Source: Octopus sinensis (lineage: Eukaryota). Taken from it: 64,000 bases of DNA. Positions 1 to 13,289 of the stretch are shown here, piece after piece. The stretch is taken from positions 115,382,001 to 115,446,000 of the forward strand of contig NC_043003.1 in the NCBI RefSeq assembly GCF_006345805.1. The letters run 5' to 3'. Position 1 is the first letter of the stretch, and each line of letters begins with the position of its first letter. Both the position numbers and the translations under genes were made by a program. The notes below the pieces were generated by a model. The model did not search any database and was not told where the DNA came from. It was given only the letters and a program-made list of their open reading frames with translations.

Positions 1-136
1 TGAAGGAAGGAGGCGTGACAATATTGACGATAGACTCAGCTGATAAACCGACTCGTCCCACACGTGACAGCAGTTGTTCGACATAAGCCCACAGGTCGGA
101 AATTGTTGGACACTGAACGAGTGCGTGCAGAACGGT

Positions 137-167
<31 letters not shown>

Positions 168-189
168 GTATTTTGTCTTTAATGTTTTG

Positions 190-562
190 CATGTTTCAGT
201 TATTGACTGTGGCCATGCAGCAGTACTTCCTAGAAAACATATTACGGAGGTGAATCAACCCCCTCCTCTATTTATTTCTCTTTAGCCTCGTACTTAATAT
301 ACCGATGTCTTTAATCGAATCTTTAAGATACGAGGACGTAAACAACCCGACACTGGCTGTCTGAGGTAGTAGAGGACAAACTCAAACACAAAGGGACACA
401 CACACACACACACACACTTATGTATATATATTACGAGCTTCTTTCAGTTTCTGTCTACCAATTACACTCAATTCCATGAATTTACAGTTGATCCCGTGAT
501 ATACTAGAAACGCGGTGGGATTGAACTGAGAACTAAGTGATTTGGAAACAAACACCCTACCA
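190..562 (-). mobile_element. Degraded copy of tRNA-derived SINE family A
   Basis: Reverse complement matches both modules of the copy at 913-1292 (tttcagtt..ttgactgtggccatgc; tttcagtttctgtctacc). Confidence 0.7.
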
Positions 563-804
563 TGTGTGTGTGTGTTGGCAACCCCGCTTGACAGTGAGAG
601 TTCGTGTGCTTGTGTTGTCGGGACAGAGCGTTTCGTCAAGAGCACAATAGAATAAGTAAGAGGCAAAAGAAAATAGAATTGAGAAGTGGTGGGGGTGCGA
701 GGTCGCAATCTAAGGAGTGAAACATGAAAAAAATAATCTAAATACACACACACCACACAGACCTAGATACACACACACACACACATACATATGCATATAT
801 GTGG

Positions 805-912
<108 letters not shown>

Positions 913-1292
913 CAGGAGTGGCTGTGTGGTAAGTAGCTTGTTTACCAACCACATGGTTCCGGGTTCAGTCCCACTGCGTGGCATCTTGGGCAAGTCTGCT
1001 ATAGTCTCGGGCCGACCAATGCCTTGTGAGTGGATTTGGTAGACGGAAACTGAAAGAAGCCTGTCATATATATGTATATATATGTATATGTATGTGTGTG
1101 TATATGTTTGTGTGTCTGTGTTTGTCCCCCTAGCATTGCTTGACAACCGATGCTGGTGTGTTTATGTCCCCCTTACCTTAGCGGTTCGGCAAAAGAGACC
1201 AATAGAAAAAGAATAAGTCCCGGGGTCGAGTTGCTCGATCAAAGGTGGTGCTCCAGCATGGCCGCAGTTAAATGCCTGAAACAAGTAAAAGA
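913..1292 (+). mobile_element. SINE family A, full length (octopus OK/OR-like)
   Basis: Head caggagtggctgtgtggtaag (A box) and ggttccgggttcagtcccact (B box); CORE-like ggcatcttgggcaagt; internal (TA)/(TG) tract; second module ending gaaacaagtaaaagagta. Confidence 0.85.
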
Positions 1293-2029
1293 GTATATGT
1301 ATGTATCTGTGTATATAAATGTGGATATAGATATAGAGACCCGAATACCTATGTATACATGTGTACACTCAATCTCATGCATACGCAATTACTCATACGC
1401 TGATACATATATTTACGGTGAGGCTCATGAAAAATATTTAGACCCGAATCCAAAAATATAACCAAACATATATACATACATACATACATACGTAGGTTTT
1501 TGTTTGTGAATGTGTATATATATTCTCGCATACAATTTCTTTTTAAGCAGCAGGCATGTCATGTATATTCACCCATATCCTTTCTAACATTCTTTTTGCC
1601 AACTGTTATTTTATATACATACAAATGTTCACACATCTGGAAATAATTAGAAGCATGTAGCCAGAGGTTTACAAGGGTTAGACGAAATAATGTAACACAA
1701 TATCAACTCTTTGATCTACGCTCGAAACTGGGGGTAATTGATCCGGGAGATTTTTTTCTCCGACGTGTGTGCGTATGCGGAGGGTCACAATATGGGCGTT
1801 TATATCACTATGTGTAAATATGAGTGGGTGTTAAAATATGTGTGATTTATACCTGCATTTCTCTATGTTGTGTAATTTTAAACAAACAGATTGCTGTGAG
1901 CAAATGTTTAACCCGGAGGCGGCTTTTGTTTTTTTGTATTTTTTTAAATTATTTCACTGTTCTTAATTCAATGTCGTCTTTAGGTTCTATTTCATCACGC
2001 CTACACGATTACTTATTTCAGACTAATAT

Positions 2030-2139
2030 TTAATAATAATAATAATAATAATAATATAATAATATAATAATAATATAATATAATAATAATAATAATAGTA
2101 ATAGTAATAGTAATAGTAGTAATAGTAATAGTAATAGTA

Positions 2140-2175
<36 letters not shown>

Positions 2176-2332
2176 TATAATAATATCAATAATAATATAA
2201 TAATAATATATAATAATAATAATAAAATAATAATATCAATAATAATAATAATATCATAATAATAATAATAATAATAATAATTAATAATAATAATAATATA
2301 ATAATAATAATATCAATAATAATAATAATATC

Positions 2333-2369
<37 letters not shown>

Positions 2370-2470
2370 TATAATAATAATAATAATAATAATATCAATA
2401 ATAATATAATATCAATAATAATAATAATAATAATAATAAAATAATAATAATAATAATAATATAATAATAT
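2030..2470. repeat. (AAT)n microsatellite, imperfect
   Basis: Seen directly in sequence. Confidence 0.95.
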
Positions 2471-2760
2471 ACACACATATATATATGTATACACACACAG
2501 AAAGTACGGTGAAATCAATAGTCATCTAAATTACGCAAAAATCAAAATATCAACGGTATTGCATTTTAACAGACATATTTACCAAAATTACATAAAAATA
2601 TCTTGAAGTACTACAGAGAAAATTTATTCAATAAAATCACTATTGGCTTCAACCATCACTCTAAACACGATGATTGGTTGGACATTTGATTTTTTATTAC
2701 ACACGGTACATAACTTCATTTTTGCATTATCCTCAGATTGACACACAAACACTGTTGTAC

Positions 2761-2816
2761 CTGAATGGGAGATACTGCGATAATGCCAAGCAGTATATCA
2801 TGTCGTGCTCAGATTT
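2761..2816 (-). CDS. Weak exon candidate (KSEHDMIYCLALSQYLPF)
   Basis: Acceptor tttactctgccag and donor ag|gtacaa; open in phase 0, compatible with the 4539-4665 candidate; no recognisable homology. Confidence 0.15.
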
Positions 2817-3244
2817 CTGGCAGAGTAAATTGTGTCATGGTGATGCTTTTCTCAACTGACCCTACTATAGTGTATAGTCAACAAAATCGGAAATAAGCAA
2901 TGCGCATGAGCACAATTAAAAATATGAAATTGACAATTTATATATAGCTCCCTGTATATATGTACGCACACATGCACACACACACACACATAAACACATA
3001 GATATATATCTAACATGTATTAGAAGCAACAGAGTGACTGAAGGACCGGTAATTTCGTGCGCTGTACTTTTGAAACTGTTAGTAAGTGCCGATGCACGAA
3101 ATTCTCACTACTTGAGTCACTAAGTTGCTTCTGTTAAATATTGATAAAATATACGTATATTCATATCCTGTGTAGTGATATATATTATATATGTGTATAA
3201 ATATATAAACATACATATATATCAAAATGTGACCGCGTGTGTAC

Positions 3245-3435
3245 CGTTGGCGATTTTTTTCCTCTGTCTTCCCTTCCCTGGATCTTTCCTTCTCCTATGT
3301 TTCCGACGAAGAGCTCCGCTCGAAACGTTGAGCCCTCCTTATTTCCTTCTTTCCTGAGCGTCCAATAAAACTATATTTGTTCCAAGTCCTCGCGTTGTTG
3401 TGTTTTTTTTTGTGCTTTCTTGTTTGAATTAAATT
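3245..3435 (+). mobile_element. ~200 bp hammerhead-bearing dispersed repeat (probable solo PLE pseudo-LTR)
   Basis: gtttCCGACGAagagctccgctcGAAACGTTgagc at 3299-3333; same layout as the copies at 22.7, 32.6, 36.6, 62.6 and 63.7 kb. Confidence 0.65.
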
Positions 3436-3927
3436 TATATGCATATATGATAATATATATACAATTACCAGTGCTTATACATATCTATGTGAGCAAGTAT
3501 ATAAAATTTACATTTGAGCTTTTCTATTTCACGCTGATTACTCGATAAAGTTATTAAAATTATTTTATCCTTTAATATATATATAATATAGCTTAAAATA
3601 TTTTTGCTCCGGATCAAAGTCGCGTTGACTGTGACAATATTTTGATATATAGCACGAAGTTGAGATGAAAAATATAAATTCGACTTTCACTTTATATACA
3701 TGCAAATGTATGTATATTGCTGTGAGACATCGGTTCTCGTACAGATATGTATAAACACTTGTAACTATATACTTTGGAATATTTGTGCTGTTGATAGCAG
3801 TAAGTATTTTATAACTTCAAGCTCGAAATTGGTTCCCATACACAATTAAGCAGAAAGTTTGATTTATTATTTTTCATTTGCCCGCTTACGACATGTACTA
3901 TAGAACATTTAAATGGTCCTTAGCGCC

Positions 3928-3986
<59 letters not shown>

Positions 3987-4007
3987 TATATATGCATATA
4001 TATATGC

Positions 4008-4219
4008 AAGAAAAGACGTCAACAAGAAACTATGACACTACAACCAGCCAGGAACAGTCTTCACTACATTTGCAGTACCTGCCAGAGGGAGTGTTTGTCC
4101 AGGATAGGACTACACAGCCACAGCAGGAAATGTATCAGGACATGAAATGTAAAAGCCGGACTGGACTATTTTATGCGCAACTCCATTGTCTCCCGAGACA
4201 AAAAGGATGCCAACAACAA
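4008..4219 (+). mobile_element. 3' end of an RTE-clade LINE
   Basis: Frame 4008-4145 reads ...HYICSTCQRECLSRIGLHSHSRKCIRT*, the C2H2-like RTE C-terminus; tail gtctcccgagacaaaaaggatgccaacaacaa. Confidence 0.85.
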
Positions 4220-4384
4220 TATATATGCATATATATAAAAATTCAGGAGAAAAAATAATTCACGAAACAATAATTTGCGAAGATACCATTGACTCTGTTA
4301 TTATCTAGAGTAACAATTTTAAAATGATAGTAACAGAATCAATAATATAGGTGATTCCAGGCATAAAAAAAAGCATGAAATACC

Positions 4385-4850
4385 TGAAGGATTAAAATCA
4401 ATCAAAGGACATACGAAGTACATCTACGTGCTGGAAATAACAGTCAAAATTCTTATTTAAATCTCCAAATTACACTAATAATAACTATAGAAATCAACCG
4501 TCTGAAGGCAAAGGGACTAAAATGATCTCAAAACTTACTTTTAAGTATTTGATCTCATGTGATCCGGTTTCTACACTGGCAAAAATAGCTTCAGCTTCTT
4601 CACCACGCGTTACCATGAAAGAGATTCCCGAACCGTCGTGTGGAAGTTGGCACTTCGACTGATTCCTTTTGCGCCGAAATAATGGCAGCCACGAGTGTGA
4701 AAATGATTTCAATACGGAGCAAATAATTCACGGTTGATTTCTGTAGTTATTATCGCTGTATTTTGGCAACTTAAATAAGAGTTTGACTGTTAATTCCAGC
4801 AGGTAGACATACTTAGTATGACTTGTAATTCTTTTTAATGCTTTTATGTA
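4385..4850. repeat. Imperfect inverted repeat (core 4430-4500 vs 4732-4800), MITE-like
   Basis: gctggaaataacagtcaaaattcttatttaa...gaaatcaaccg is the reverse complement of cggttgatttc...ttaaataagagtttgactgttaattccagc. Confidence 0.7.
4539..4665 (-). CDS. Exon candidate (NQSKCQLPHDGSGISFMVTRGEEAEAIFASVETGSHEIKYLK)
   Basis: Strong donor aaa|gtaagt at 4538; 42 open codons; acceptor weak; no recognisable homology. Confidence 0.2.
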
Positions 4851-4882
4851 TTTATATATATATATATATATGTGCGTGTGTG

Positions 4883-5105
4883 TGGAGGCGCAATGGCCAA
4901 GTGGTTAGGGTAGCGGACTCGCGGTCGTAGGATCGCGGTTTCGATTCCCAGACCAGGCGTTGTGAGTGTTTATTGAGCGAAAACACCTAAAAAGCTCCAC
5001 TCTTTCTCCCACTCGGGGTGGCGTCATTCGAAGGCTAACACAATGCGAACGCATTGTGACCAGCGATGTCTAACTACATCTGACGGACTGGTCGGTCACG
5101 TGATG
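4883..5105 (+). mobile_element. SINE with family B head and a different 3' part
   Basis: tggaggcgcaatggccaagtggttagggtagcggactcgcggtcgtaggatcgcggtttcgattcc is shared with 28131 and 36117; diverges after about 4997. Confidence 0.8.
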
Positions 5106-5356
5106 ATGACGTGATATATATATACATATATGATGGGTATTGCTATCTAGAAGACACAAAGTGTGGCAGGTAACACTAAGTAAGTGCTATCGACAGTCCG
5201 TAGTTAAACAAATGGTTCGATAGCGATACGAGTGAGAAGGCTAATGTGGGTCTTGTATTAGCATGCATATATATACATATTACTCAAAAAAGAGGCGGGG
5301 AAGCCAAGGCTTTGAATAATTTTCATGACATTTATAAGGAGAAAGATATAGATATA

Positions 5357-6100
5357 GTCTTACAGCTGTTTCTGGTATATTATGGATATCCTTTCATCTG
5401 AGACGATGTGAGATGGTTAAATCGTGGTAAATATTTGAATTTGGAATAAGGAATTATTATGGTGGAAATGGAAGAGATAGGGAATATAGAGGGACATATG
5501 ATAATGTATGTAGAAATAAGATGTTAAATATACAGATATTGTAGTCACAGTTCCATTATTGAAGGTTAGTGATGTATAGAAGTTGTAAAAATGTTTCCTG
5601 TATATGGTATTTAAGTTCCAATAGTAGTTCATGTTTAGTCATTTCTAAGTATGGAGCCGTGGATTCTGTGTTGCTCATTGGAAAGTGTCTTTTGGTATGA
5701 ATGAAAATTTTAGAATGTATTGGTAGTATTTGTGGATAGATGGGGCGGGTATGTGTATGATTAGAATGAAGAGAGAGACCAAAATGAAAACAGGAAGAGA
5801 AAATGTGATGAAGAAAGAAACAAACAAAAGAGAGAGAAAAATTGAAAAGTGAAAAAGGTGAAGAATGGGTGAAAGAAGTTAGAAAATGAGTGTCAGTGGC
5901 TGGTGAAGATAACGTGAGGGGAAGATGGAAAACTAGTGGGGGATGGATAGGAAGAGATGAGAAGGTACGTAATGAAGACGGGTGAGATATGTGCGTAGGA
6001 GTGACATGATATAGCTCCATTAATGGATAGGTAAGTAAAGGTATGGGTGGGGGTGATACCAAAGGGAGTAGTAGTTTTAGTAGTAAAAATTAAGGGGGTG
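5357..6100 (-). mobile_element. Degraded PLE 3' region with a hammerhead-like motif at 5357-5404
   Basis: Minus strand gtctCAGATGA...GAAACAGCTGTAagac; flank resembles 13440-13585; 5' boundary uncertain. Confidence 0.5.
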
Positions 6101-6435
6101 GGAAGAATACAGGGATGTCAAATTTCTATAAATGCACGTATGTGATTATAAGAGAGGAGGAAAGAAGTTATAATAATATACCTACGCGTGCACAGACGTA
6201 CATATATGCATACAGACACACACGCATATATATACATATATAAATATATACATATATATATATATACATATATATATACATATATATATATATAAACATA
6301 CATACGCATATAGATACACATATATTATATATGTACATGCATGCTCACGCGCATCCGTAAATGCATTCATACACGCACATGCGCATAAAGTACATACACT
6401 AGCCCTAAGCACCCAAAAAAGTTGTGGACACTCTA

Positions 6436-7330
6436 TGGTATGGTATATACCACCCTTCTCACTAAAATTTAAGAACTTAGCTAAATCCTTCTTAAATATA
6501 CTACTGTCGTCAACATAAATATTACTCTATTTTAATAGATCTACCCTGAAGCTATCGTATTCCACCCCACCCAACTTCGAGTCTGTCATAGCAGCTTCTA
6601 ATAAATAAAATCTTTCTCTCTACTATCAAAACACGCACTATAACTCTGAATACACGAGCGCCCAATATATAAACAGCTCCACCATTGAACCCCATACGTT
6701 AGACCACAACCATAACCCAACCTATTCTACTAACACTATCTAGAATACTACCACAACTTCCACCACAGTTACAGATAGAATAATTAACAGCAACAATAGC
6801 AATAATAATGACAATAGTAATAATAATAATCATAACTTAGGCCTTTCTACTCCCACATCTAACCTCTCCTTTGACAGTATTACCTCCTCCATTCCTGAAA
6901 ATAATCTCCAAAATGCACCCACTTGTAACGTCCTGGGTCCATCTGCCCTCTACAAACCCGGTGTAAGAGATCTAATATAATTTATAGATGCACCGTCTTC
7001 AATATCACACAAGTTTACAGCTATATGTATATAGGATCAGCCATAAATTTTAAACAGCGATACGCCGCTCATCTCAATACTTTTAGATACGAGAAACATA
7101 GTAAATCCACAACACTCACTAGTCACATATATCGCCTCAAAAATAGAAATATTCCCTACATTTTTCATGGTCCCTAATAGATTCAGGGATTCCATACCAA
7201 GGTCAAATAGAGAAATACGCTGTAAAATAAGTGGTTAAGAACATATACATATTTTTTTCATAAACAAAAATAAGGCATTAAAGGCGTATTTTTGCGTTGC
7301 GTTCGGCATATAACAATAATTTTTGCATAG
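6436..7330 (+). mobile_element. Penelope-like element fragment (linker + GIY-YIG), degraded
   Basis: Reads WYIPPFSLKFKNLAKSFL...FNRSTLKLSYSTPPNF and SNIIYRCTVFNITQVYSYMYIGSAINFKQRYAAHLNTFRYEKHSKSTTLTSHIYRLK, with stops. Confidence 0.8.
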
Positions 7331-8204
7331 CCCCATGATTTCTAGTGTGAAGAACACAAAAATCTCAAAATGTTTCGGATAATCCCCAGAAATAATGAAA
7401 ATGATATACAGTGTCACATACCGTGTGCAAATCCTAATTCCGCCGTATTCATTCACCAGCATTTGATTTGTAGCAAATGACTTTTGTTTTTTCGGTGGTG
7501 AGTAATATATATTAGCGTTATTAGTATCAAAATGTTGCAAATACAATTTACACACTAAACGGATGCGTGCAGAATTTTTCTTCAAACCTTGTTAATATAT
7601 TTTCGTGAAGCACATATTTTGCATTAGTAGAGATTCAACTATTGATTCCAGCATTTTGGGGGTTTAATCTCTTCTTTTTCTTCTTTTGTATGTTAGGACA
7701 TTCTACCTATCGGATATTTAAATATAAAGTAGTGAAACAAACACAGTTGCTAACTACACATAGAATATTGTTTCTCTCGGCAAAGGAAAAAAGCTTGAAC
7801 TGTTTCCACGCAATGATTAATTCCTAAAACTGGTAAATCAAATTTTCTAATTTTATCAGTAGAAAATCTAGCTGCAGGTATTATAGTTTATCAACAAACA
7901 TCTCAAATATCAAAGACGTTTCATTTAGAATGGTGCAAATAAAACTTGGCCAATTTGGCATGTTTTCTGTTTTTACTCCCAATGTTCTTTTCATTAGGAA
8001 ATATTAGTTTTTTTCAAAGCAAAGCATATTGGTTATAGTCTTGCTTCCATCGCTGCGTAGGTTCATTGTTTCACATTTTCATTTGAAATGATGCTAACAA
8101 AAACATGCACACAACGATATCCATTATTCTGTGTATATATCTATCTACCTTCTATATACATATCCGTCTATCAATTTATTTATTCGTTTATTTTAGTTAA
8201 TAAT

Positions 8205-8385
8205 ATATCTATCTAGACACACAGACAGACTGCTAGATGGGTAGATAGATAGACAGACAGATACATACATACAAAGATAGAGAAATAGAGAGATACATAG
8301 ATAGATAGGTAGGTAGATAGATATGTAGGTAGATAGACACATAGATTCATATATAGATAGACACATAGATAGATAGGTAGGTAGG

Positions 8386-8463
<78 letters not shown>

Positions 8464-8489
8464 GACAGATAGATAGATAGGTAGATAGT

Positions 8490-8559
<70 letters not shown>

Positions 8560-8560
8560 T

Positions 8561-8608
<48 letters not shown>

Positions 8609-8610
8609 AG
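8205..8610. repeat. (TAGA)n microsatellite
   Basis: Seen directly in sequence. Confidence 0.95.
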
Positions 8611-8990
8611 ACAAATGCATGTTTGTCGGTGTAATTTGTAGACATTTTTATGACTCAGTAATCAGGTTTCGAAGTTTACAAATTATTTCGTAACAGATTG
8701 TGTATAAAATTTGTATTTCTATATTTCTATTAATTTATGGTTTTCGTATGTTTCGCATGGTATCCCGATTGCAATTAAGATTAGCACATAAATTAACATT
8801 CTCTCATTGCACAACATAATTACTTGGATGAGGAGATTGAATATAATCCTTTTTCCTAATTGTATTGTTATTAGCCTCACTTTCATATGTGTTCATACCG
8901 GTTACGCCATCTATTGAAGGGCGCATCTTAAGTTACTATTCTCCAAACCTTAACTGTTTTTCCACTTGTTTTTTTTCTATTTGCTGACAT

Positions 8991-9155
8991 TTATTTTTTC
9001 GCGTATTTAGTTTCAAAGTATTCCATTTGCTTTTGCATACACCTATACTTAATATCTGACTTCAATTTGGTTTCCATAGAGGTGAAGGATTTAAATGTAG
9101 CATGTGAATTGTTAATGATATTTCTTAGTAACTCCTTGACTTTAACTTGCGTAAG
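8991..9155 (-). CDS. Candidate terminal exon (LTQVKVKELLRNIINNSHATFKSFTSMETKLKSDIKYRCMQKQMEYFETKYAKK*)
   Basis: Acceptor ttaacag; 54 open codons then TAA; AATAAA follows; in phase with the 9242-9326 candidate. Confidence 0.35.
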   Translation of the reverse strand, partial: LTQVKVKELLRNIINNSHATFKSFTSMETKLKSDIKYRCMQKQMEYFETKYAKK

Positions 9156-9241
9156 CTGTTAATTTTAACCACCGACGGAACCGCGTTGCAGTTATTGATA
9201 GAACTAGCTGCTAATTTTCTGTCAATTCACACCATACGGAC

Positions 9242-9326
9242 TTTTAATGGATAGACGTAGCAACCAATGGCGGTGATTCTACATGCTTTCTTGTATAGTT
9301 CAAGCTCTCTCAAAACTTCTGGACAC
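9242..9326 (-). CDS. Candidate internal exon (CPEVLRELELYKKACRITAIGCYVYPLK)
   Basis: Strong acceptor ttttatcttctag|g; only one frame is open; 86-nt intron to the next candidate; donor choice uncertain. Confidence 0.35.
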
Positions 9327-9729
9327 CTAGAAGATAAAATATGAGACAGTAGTTCTTGGAATACTATTGAACATCGGTATCCTGAATAGGGGACGAAATG
9401 AAGCTAAATCAAGGCAAGGACAAGTATACAGGTATAAGAGACCAAGAACGTTGAACTAAATAAATAATTTCAGTGGCATAAAATGTTGGCAAATGGCAGC
9501 AAGACAGAAGCAGAAGTATCTGTTGATATAAACGATGTTTAAATATAAGAGAATCGTGGGTAGGGAAGATGGAAGACAATTTTCGATATTTTAAGAGATT
9601 GTTTAGTGACTCGCAATTTTTATATTTTAATTTATTTTTTCTAATTTATTTTATAGCTACTTCTTTCAGTGAGAGAATTGACGAAAACAAAGAAATGAAA
9701 AATAATATCAAAAACTCTATGTATATATA

Positions 9730-9767
<38 letters not shown>

Positions 9768-10757
9768 GAAAAATAATGAAAAATCAGGAAATCTTCGAAA
9801 GTAACATAATTACATTAATGATTTCGATAGTGGATGTATTTGTTCTCTAAAATGTTTTGTTTACTGTGAGGAGTGCCACCAGTCAAGTTTATTGATTTTA
9901 TTCGATAATTTATTATTTTGACCGATACTTTCAAGAAATGTTAAAGAAGAAATTATATGTTTCTGTAAAGTCAATTCTGTGCTAAAGTTTCTATTCTTGG
10001 TTTCAGTCATAGAATATTTTGATTTTCTTTCATTTTAAATGTTCTCCTAATTTCCAAATACACTGCCATGAACATCAACTACTCTGTTTATAAAAGCCGA
10101 GTTCATAGACTCTACAGTACGTTGATGATTTAATTCATCAAATTACTCTTTAAATTCACTTCCTATTTTCACATTATTAAATGTTAGAGTGGATTATCAA
10201 ATATTTTCTTCAACATTTCTTCTGTAGGAAGCTCAGGTAAAATACACTAAACAAAATTACCTTCCAGGTATTTTGAAATCTAAGGTTGATGTTTTAGTTT
10301 CAATAATTCTAATTTATTCAACTTATGCTTTTGATATCTTTAACGTAAGACGAAACGAATATATATTTTTTCTGGACGCTAAAGTATTGTAATAAGTTCG
10401 ATTCCAGTTCCATATTACACCATCGGAGACGTCTGGTTTTATAAGTAATGCGACTGAAAATAGAGTAAAAAATGCATCCATTGTAGTGTGTGCAAATATT
10501 TAACATTTATGAACTGTTACCTCTTCACTATGTTGTCATTTACACGAATACAAGATATATGATAACCCGTCCGGCACTAAAATTGTATACTAAATACCAG
10601 CAAAACTTGACACCTTGCTTGCGTATAGATCGACGGTAATGAACTATTAATCGTATGTTATACAGCAAGAAATATTTGTACATAGGAAACTCCACATGTA
10701 TATTTAAACAATTAAGTCATGACAGAATGAGAACAAAAGACGAACAAGTATTTCCAT

Positions 10758-11054
10758 GGAATGAAAAAAATTCCTGATCACCACATTAGCAACACTAGTT
10801 ATAACTTGACTTTGTGATACTAAACATTAACATAACTAATTCCAATACATAACATTGCGACAGATCTATCCAATAAATCATTGTCTGCACAATAAACTGG
10901 CACCCAATGCTTGTAACTTTCTATGCGATAATCAAAGGTCAGGAGCAATCACACCATTCAGGGTGTCTTTGTCTATCCAACAGATATGAAAGTCCTGGTA
11001 AATGTGTTATGAGTGCGAAATTTGATTTGATTTATATAAACATGTACGCAGGTA

Positions 11055-11113
<59 letters not shown>

Positions 11114-11885
11114 TTACACACACACATACACACAGACCTGCGTCAACCAATCAATGACGTGCATTCAGCTGAATAAAATTACTGCCGTTGTTTGTCACTT
11201 TCGTTTGTCACTGTTCTTTATGACATCATTCGTGCGTTTGTACTGATTTTAGCTTTAAGCTTTTAGGGTTAGCGTTGTCATAAATAACAGTGACAAACGA
11301 AAAATACACCACCGGAAGTTCTTGTTGACAAACAATGGCAGTAATTTTATTCATCTGAATACACGTCATTGATTGTTTGAAATTACATAAATAGGACTAC
11401 TTTAACGTGAAATTACTTCGTAAATACAAGTTTTTCTCAAAAATGCTAAGAGTAAAGGATGTTATATATGACACATTCTACCAGTGTTCGAAGTTTGAAT
11501 GTGTTTAGTTAAAAAAAATATTTTTTAAATCTGTAAGTAAAAAGATAAAGATCCCGAATAATTTTCTCCCCTGAAATGTAAATAGGAGCGGAATGAAAAA
11601 AATTCCTGATCACCACATTAGCAACACTAGTTATAACTTGACTTTGTGATACTAAACATTAACATAACTAATTCCAATACATAACATTGCGACAGATCTA
11701 TCCAATAAATCATTGTCTGCACAATAAACTGGCACCCAATGCTTGTAACTTTCTATGCGATAATCAAAGGTCAGGAGCAATCACACCATTCAGGGTGTCT
11801 TTGTCTATCCAACAGATATGAAAGTCCTGGTAAATGTGTTATGAGTGCGAAATTTGATTGATTTATATAAACATGTACGCAGGTA

Positions 11886-11927
<42 letters not shown>

Positions 11928-12421
11928 ATATATTATATATATATCATTACACACACACATACACACAGACCTGCGTCAACCAATCAATGACGTGCATTCA
12001 GCTGAATAAAATTACTGCCGTTGTTTGTCACTTTCGTTTGTCACTGTTCTTTATGACATCATCGTGCGTTTGTACTGATTTTAGCTTTAAGCTTTTAGGG
12101 TTAGCGTTGTCATAAATAACAGTGACAAACGAAAAATACACCACCGGAAGTTCTTGTTGACAAACAATGGCAGTAATTTTATTCATCTGAATACACGTCA
12201 TTGATTGTTTGAAATTACATAAATAGGACTACTTTAACGTGAAATTACTTCGTAAATACAAGTTTTTCTCAAAAATGCTAAGAGTAAAGGATGTTATATA
12301 TGACACATTCTACCAGTGTTCGAAGTTTGAATGTGTTTAGTTAAAAAAAATATTTTTTAAATCTGTAAGTAAAAAGATAAAGATCCCGAATAATTTTCTC
12401 CCCTGAAATGTAAATAGGAGC
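10758..12421. repeat. Near-identical 832-bp tandem duplication
   Basis: ggaatgaaaaaaattc recurs at 10758, 11590 and 12422; the units differ by small indels. Confidence 0.95.
11147..11375. mobile_element. Palindromic MITE-like element (duplicated at about 11980-12210)
   Basis: caatcaatgacgtg..aataaaattactgcc..tttgtca versus tgacaaa..ggcagtaattttatt..cacgtcattgattg. Confidence 0.7.
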
Positions 12422-12952
12422 GGAATGAAAAAAATTCAGCGTAAATTGGATAAGTAGTTGTGAAGATATTAAGGGTTTGCGGGGCATAAATACACAAAAC
12501 GTTGCATAATGGGAAAAGTCTCCAAAATTAACTTGATCCAGGAAGGGAAGTAACTCTTACCTTTCGATTATACAGTGTCTTGACAACGAAACATGTTTCT
12601 ATTTTCGCTTTTGTTACGCCCAATATTGTAATCATTTAAAAATATTTTTAAGTGAATCTGATTCCAAAAATGTAGATTGTTTGTACGATAAGTATTAATA
12701 TTACAGCTTTCTTTAAACAGACAATAATTTAATGGTCTTTTAAAATCATTTTCAAGTGAATGCCATTACAAAACTTCTTTTTGGCATAAATATTTCGTAA
12801 AAGGCTCGTTCGTAACCTTAGTGTGAAATTATATTTTTCCATAGGTTTTCTTCGAGTGCATTCAACGTATCTTACTTCCAACGATTTGGCTGCTCTTTCT
12901 AGCACGCCCTGTTACCACGTAACTGCTATTTCCGATGAAAGACACGAAATAC

Positions 12953-13067
12953 CTGTAACGTGGTAGCAAAGTATGCAAGAAATTGCAGCCAAATCTTTCT
13001 TTTCTGGGGAAGGGAGCTGTTTACACGTGATTTCTTTTTCACATTCGTTGAAAGCATGCAAAATAAC
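12953..13067 (-). CDS. Exon candidate (VILHAFNECEKEITCKQLPSPEKKDLAAISCILCYHVT; a second frame is also open)
   Basis: Strong acceptor ttttgtttttcag and donor cag|gtattt; 115 nt. Confidence 0.3.
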
Positions 13068-13289
13068 CTGAAAAACAAAAAAAAAAATAAACACGATATA
13101 AAACTCCGTTGCTAGGAAACGCAGACTTTCCACGTTAACACAATGGGTCACGGGTAGTTTAGTATATATGTGTGTATGTGTGTGTGTGTGCGTATGTATA
13201 TATTATGTATGTATGTATGTATATTAATTCCTTCAGGTAACGTTAGGGGTAAGCAAAAAAAGCTCCTGTTTCATTATTGAAACGCAAAA

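Noticed and set aside
1-138. CpG-rich segment at the window start
   Set aside because: Too short and truncated to classify.
913-985. tRNA genes at SINE heads (also 4883, 28131, 36117, 44433, 56741)
   Set aside because: A and B boxes are present, but each continues into a multicopy SINE body; I found no complete cloverleaf.
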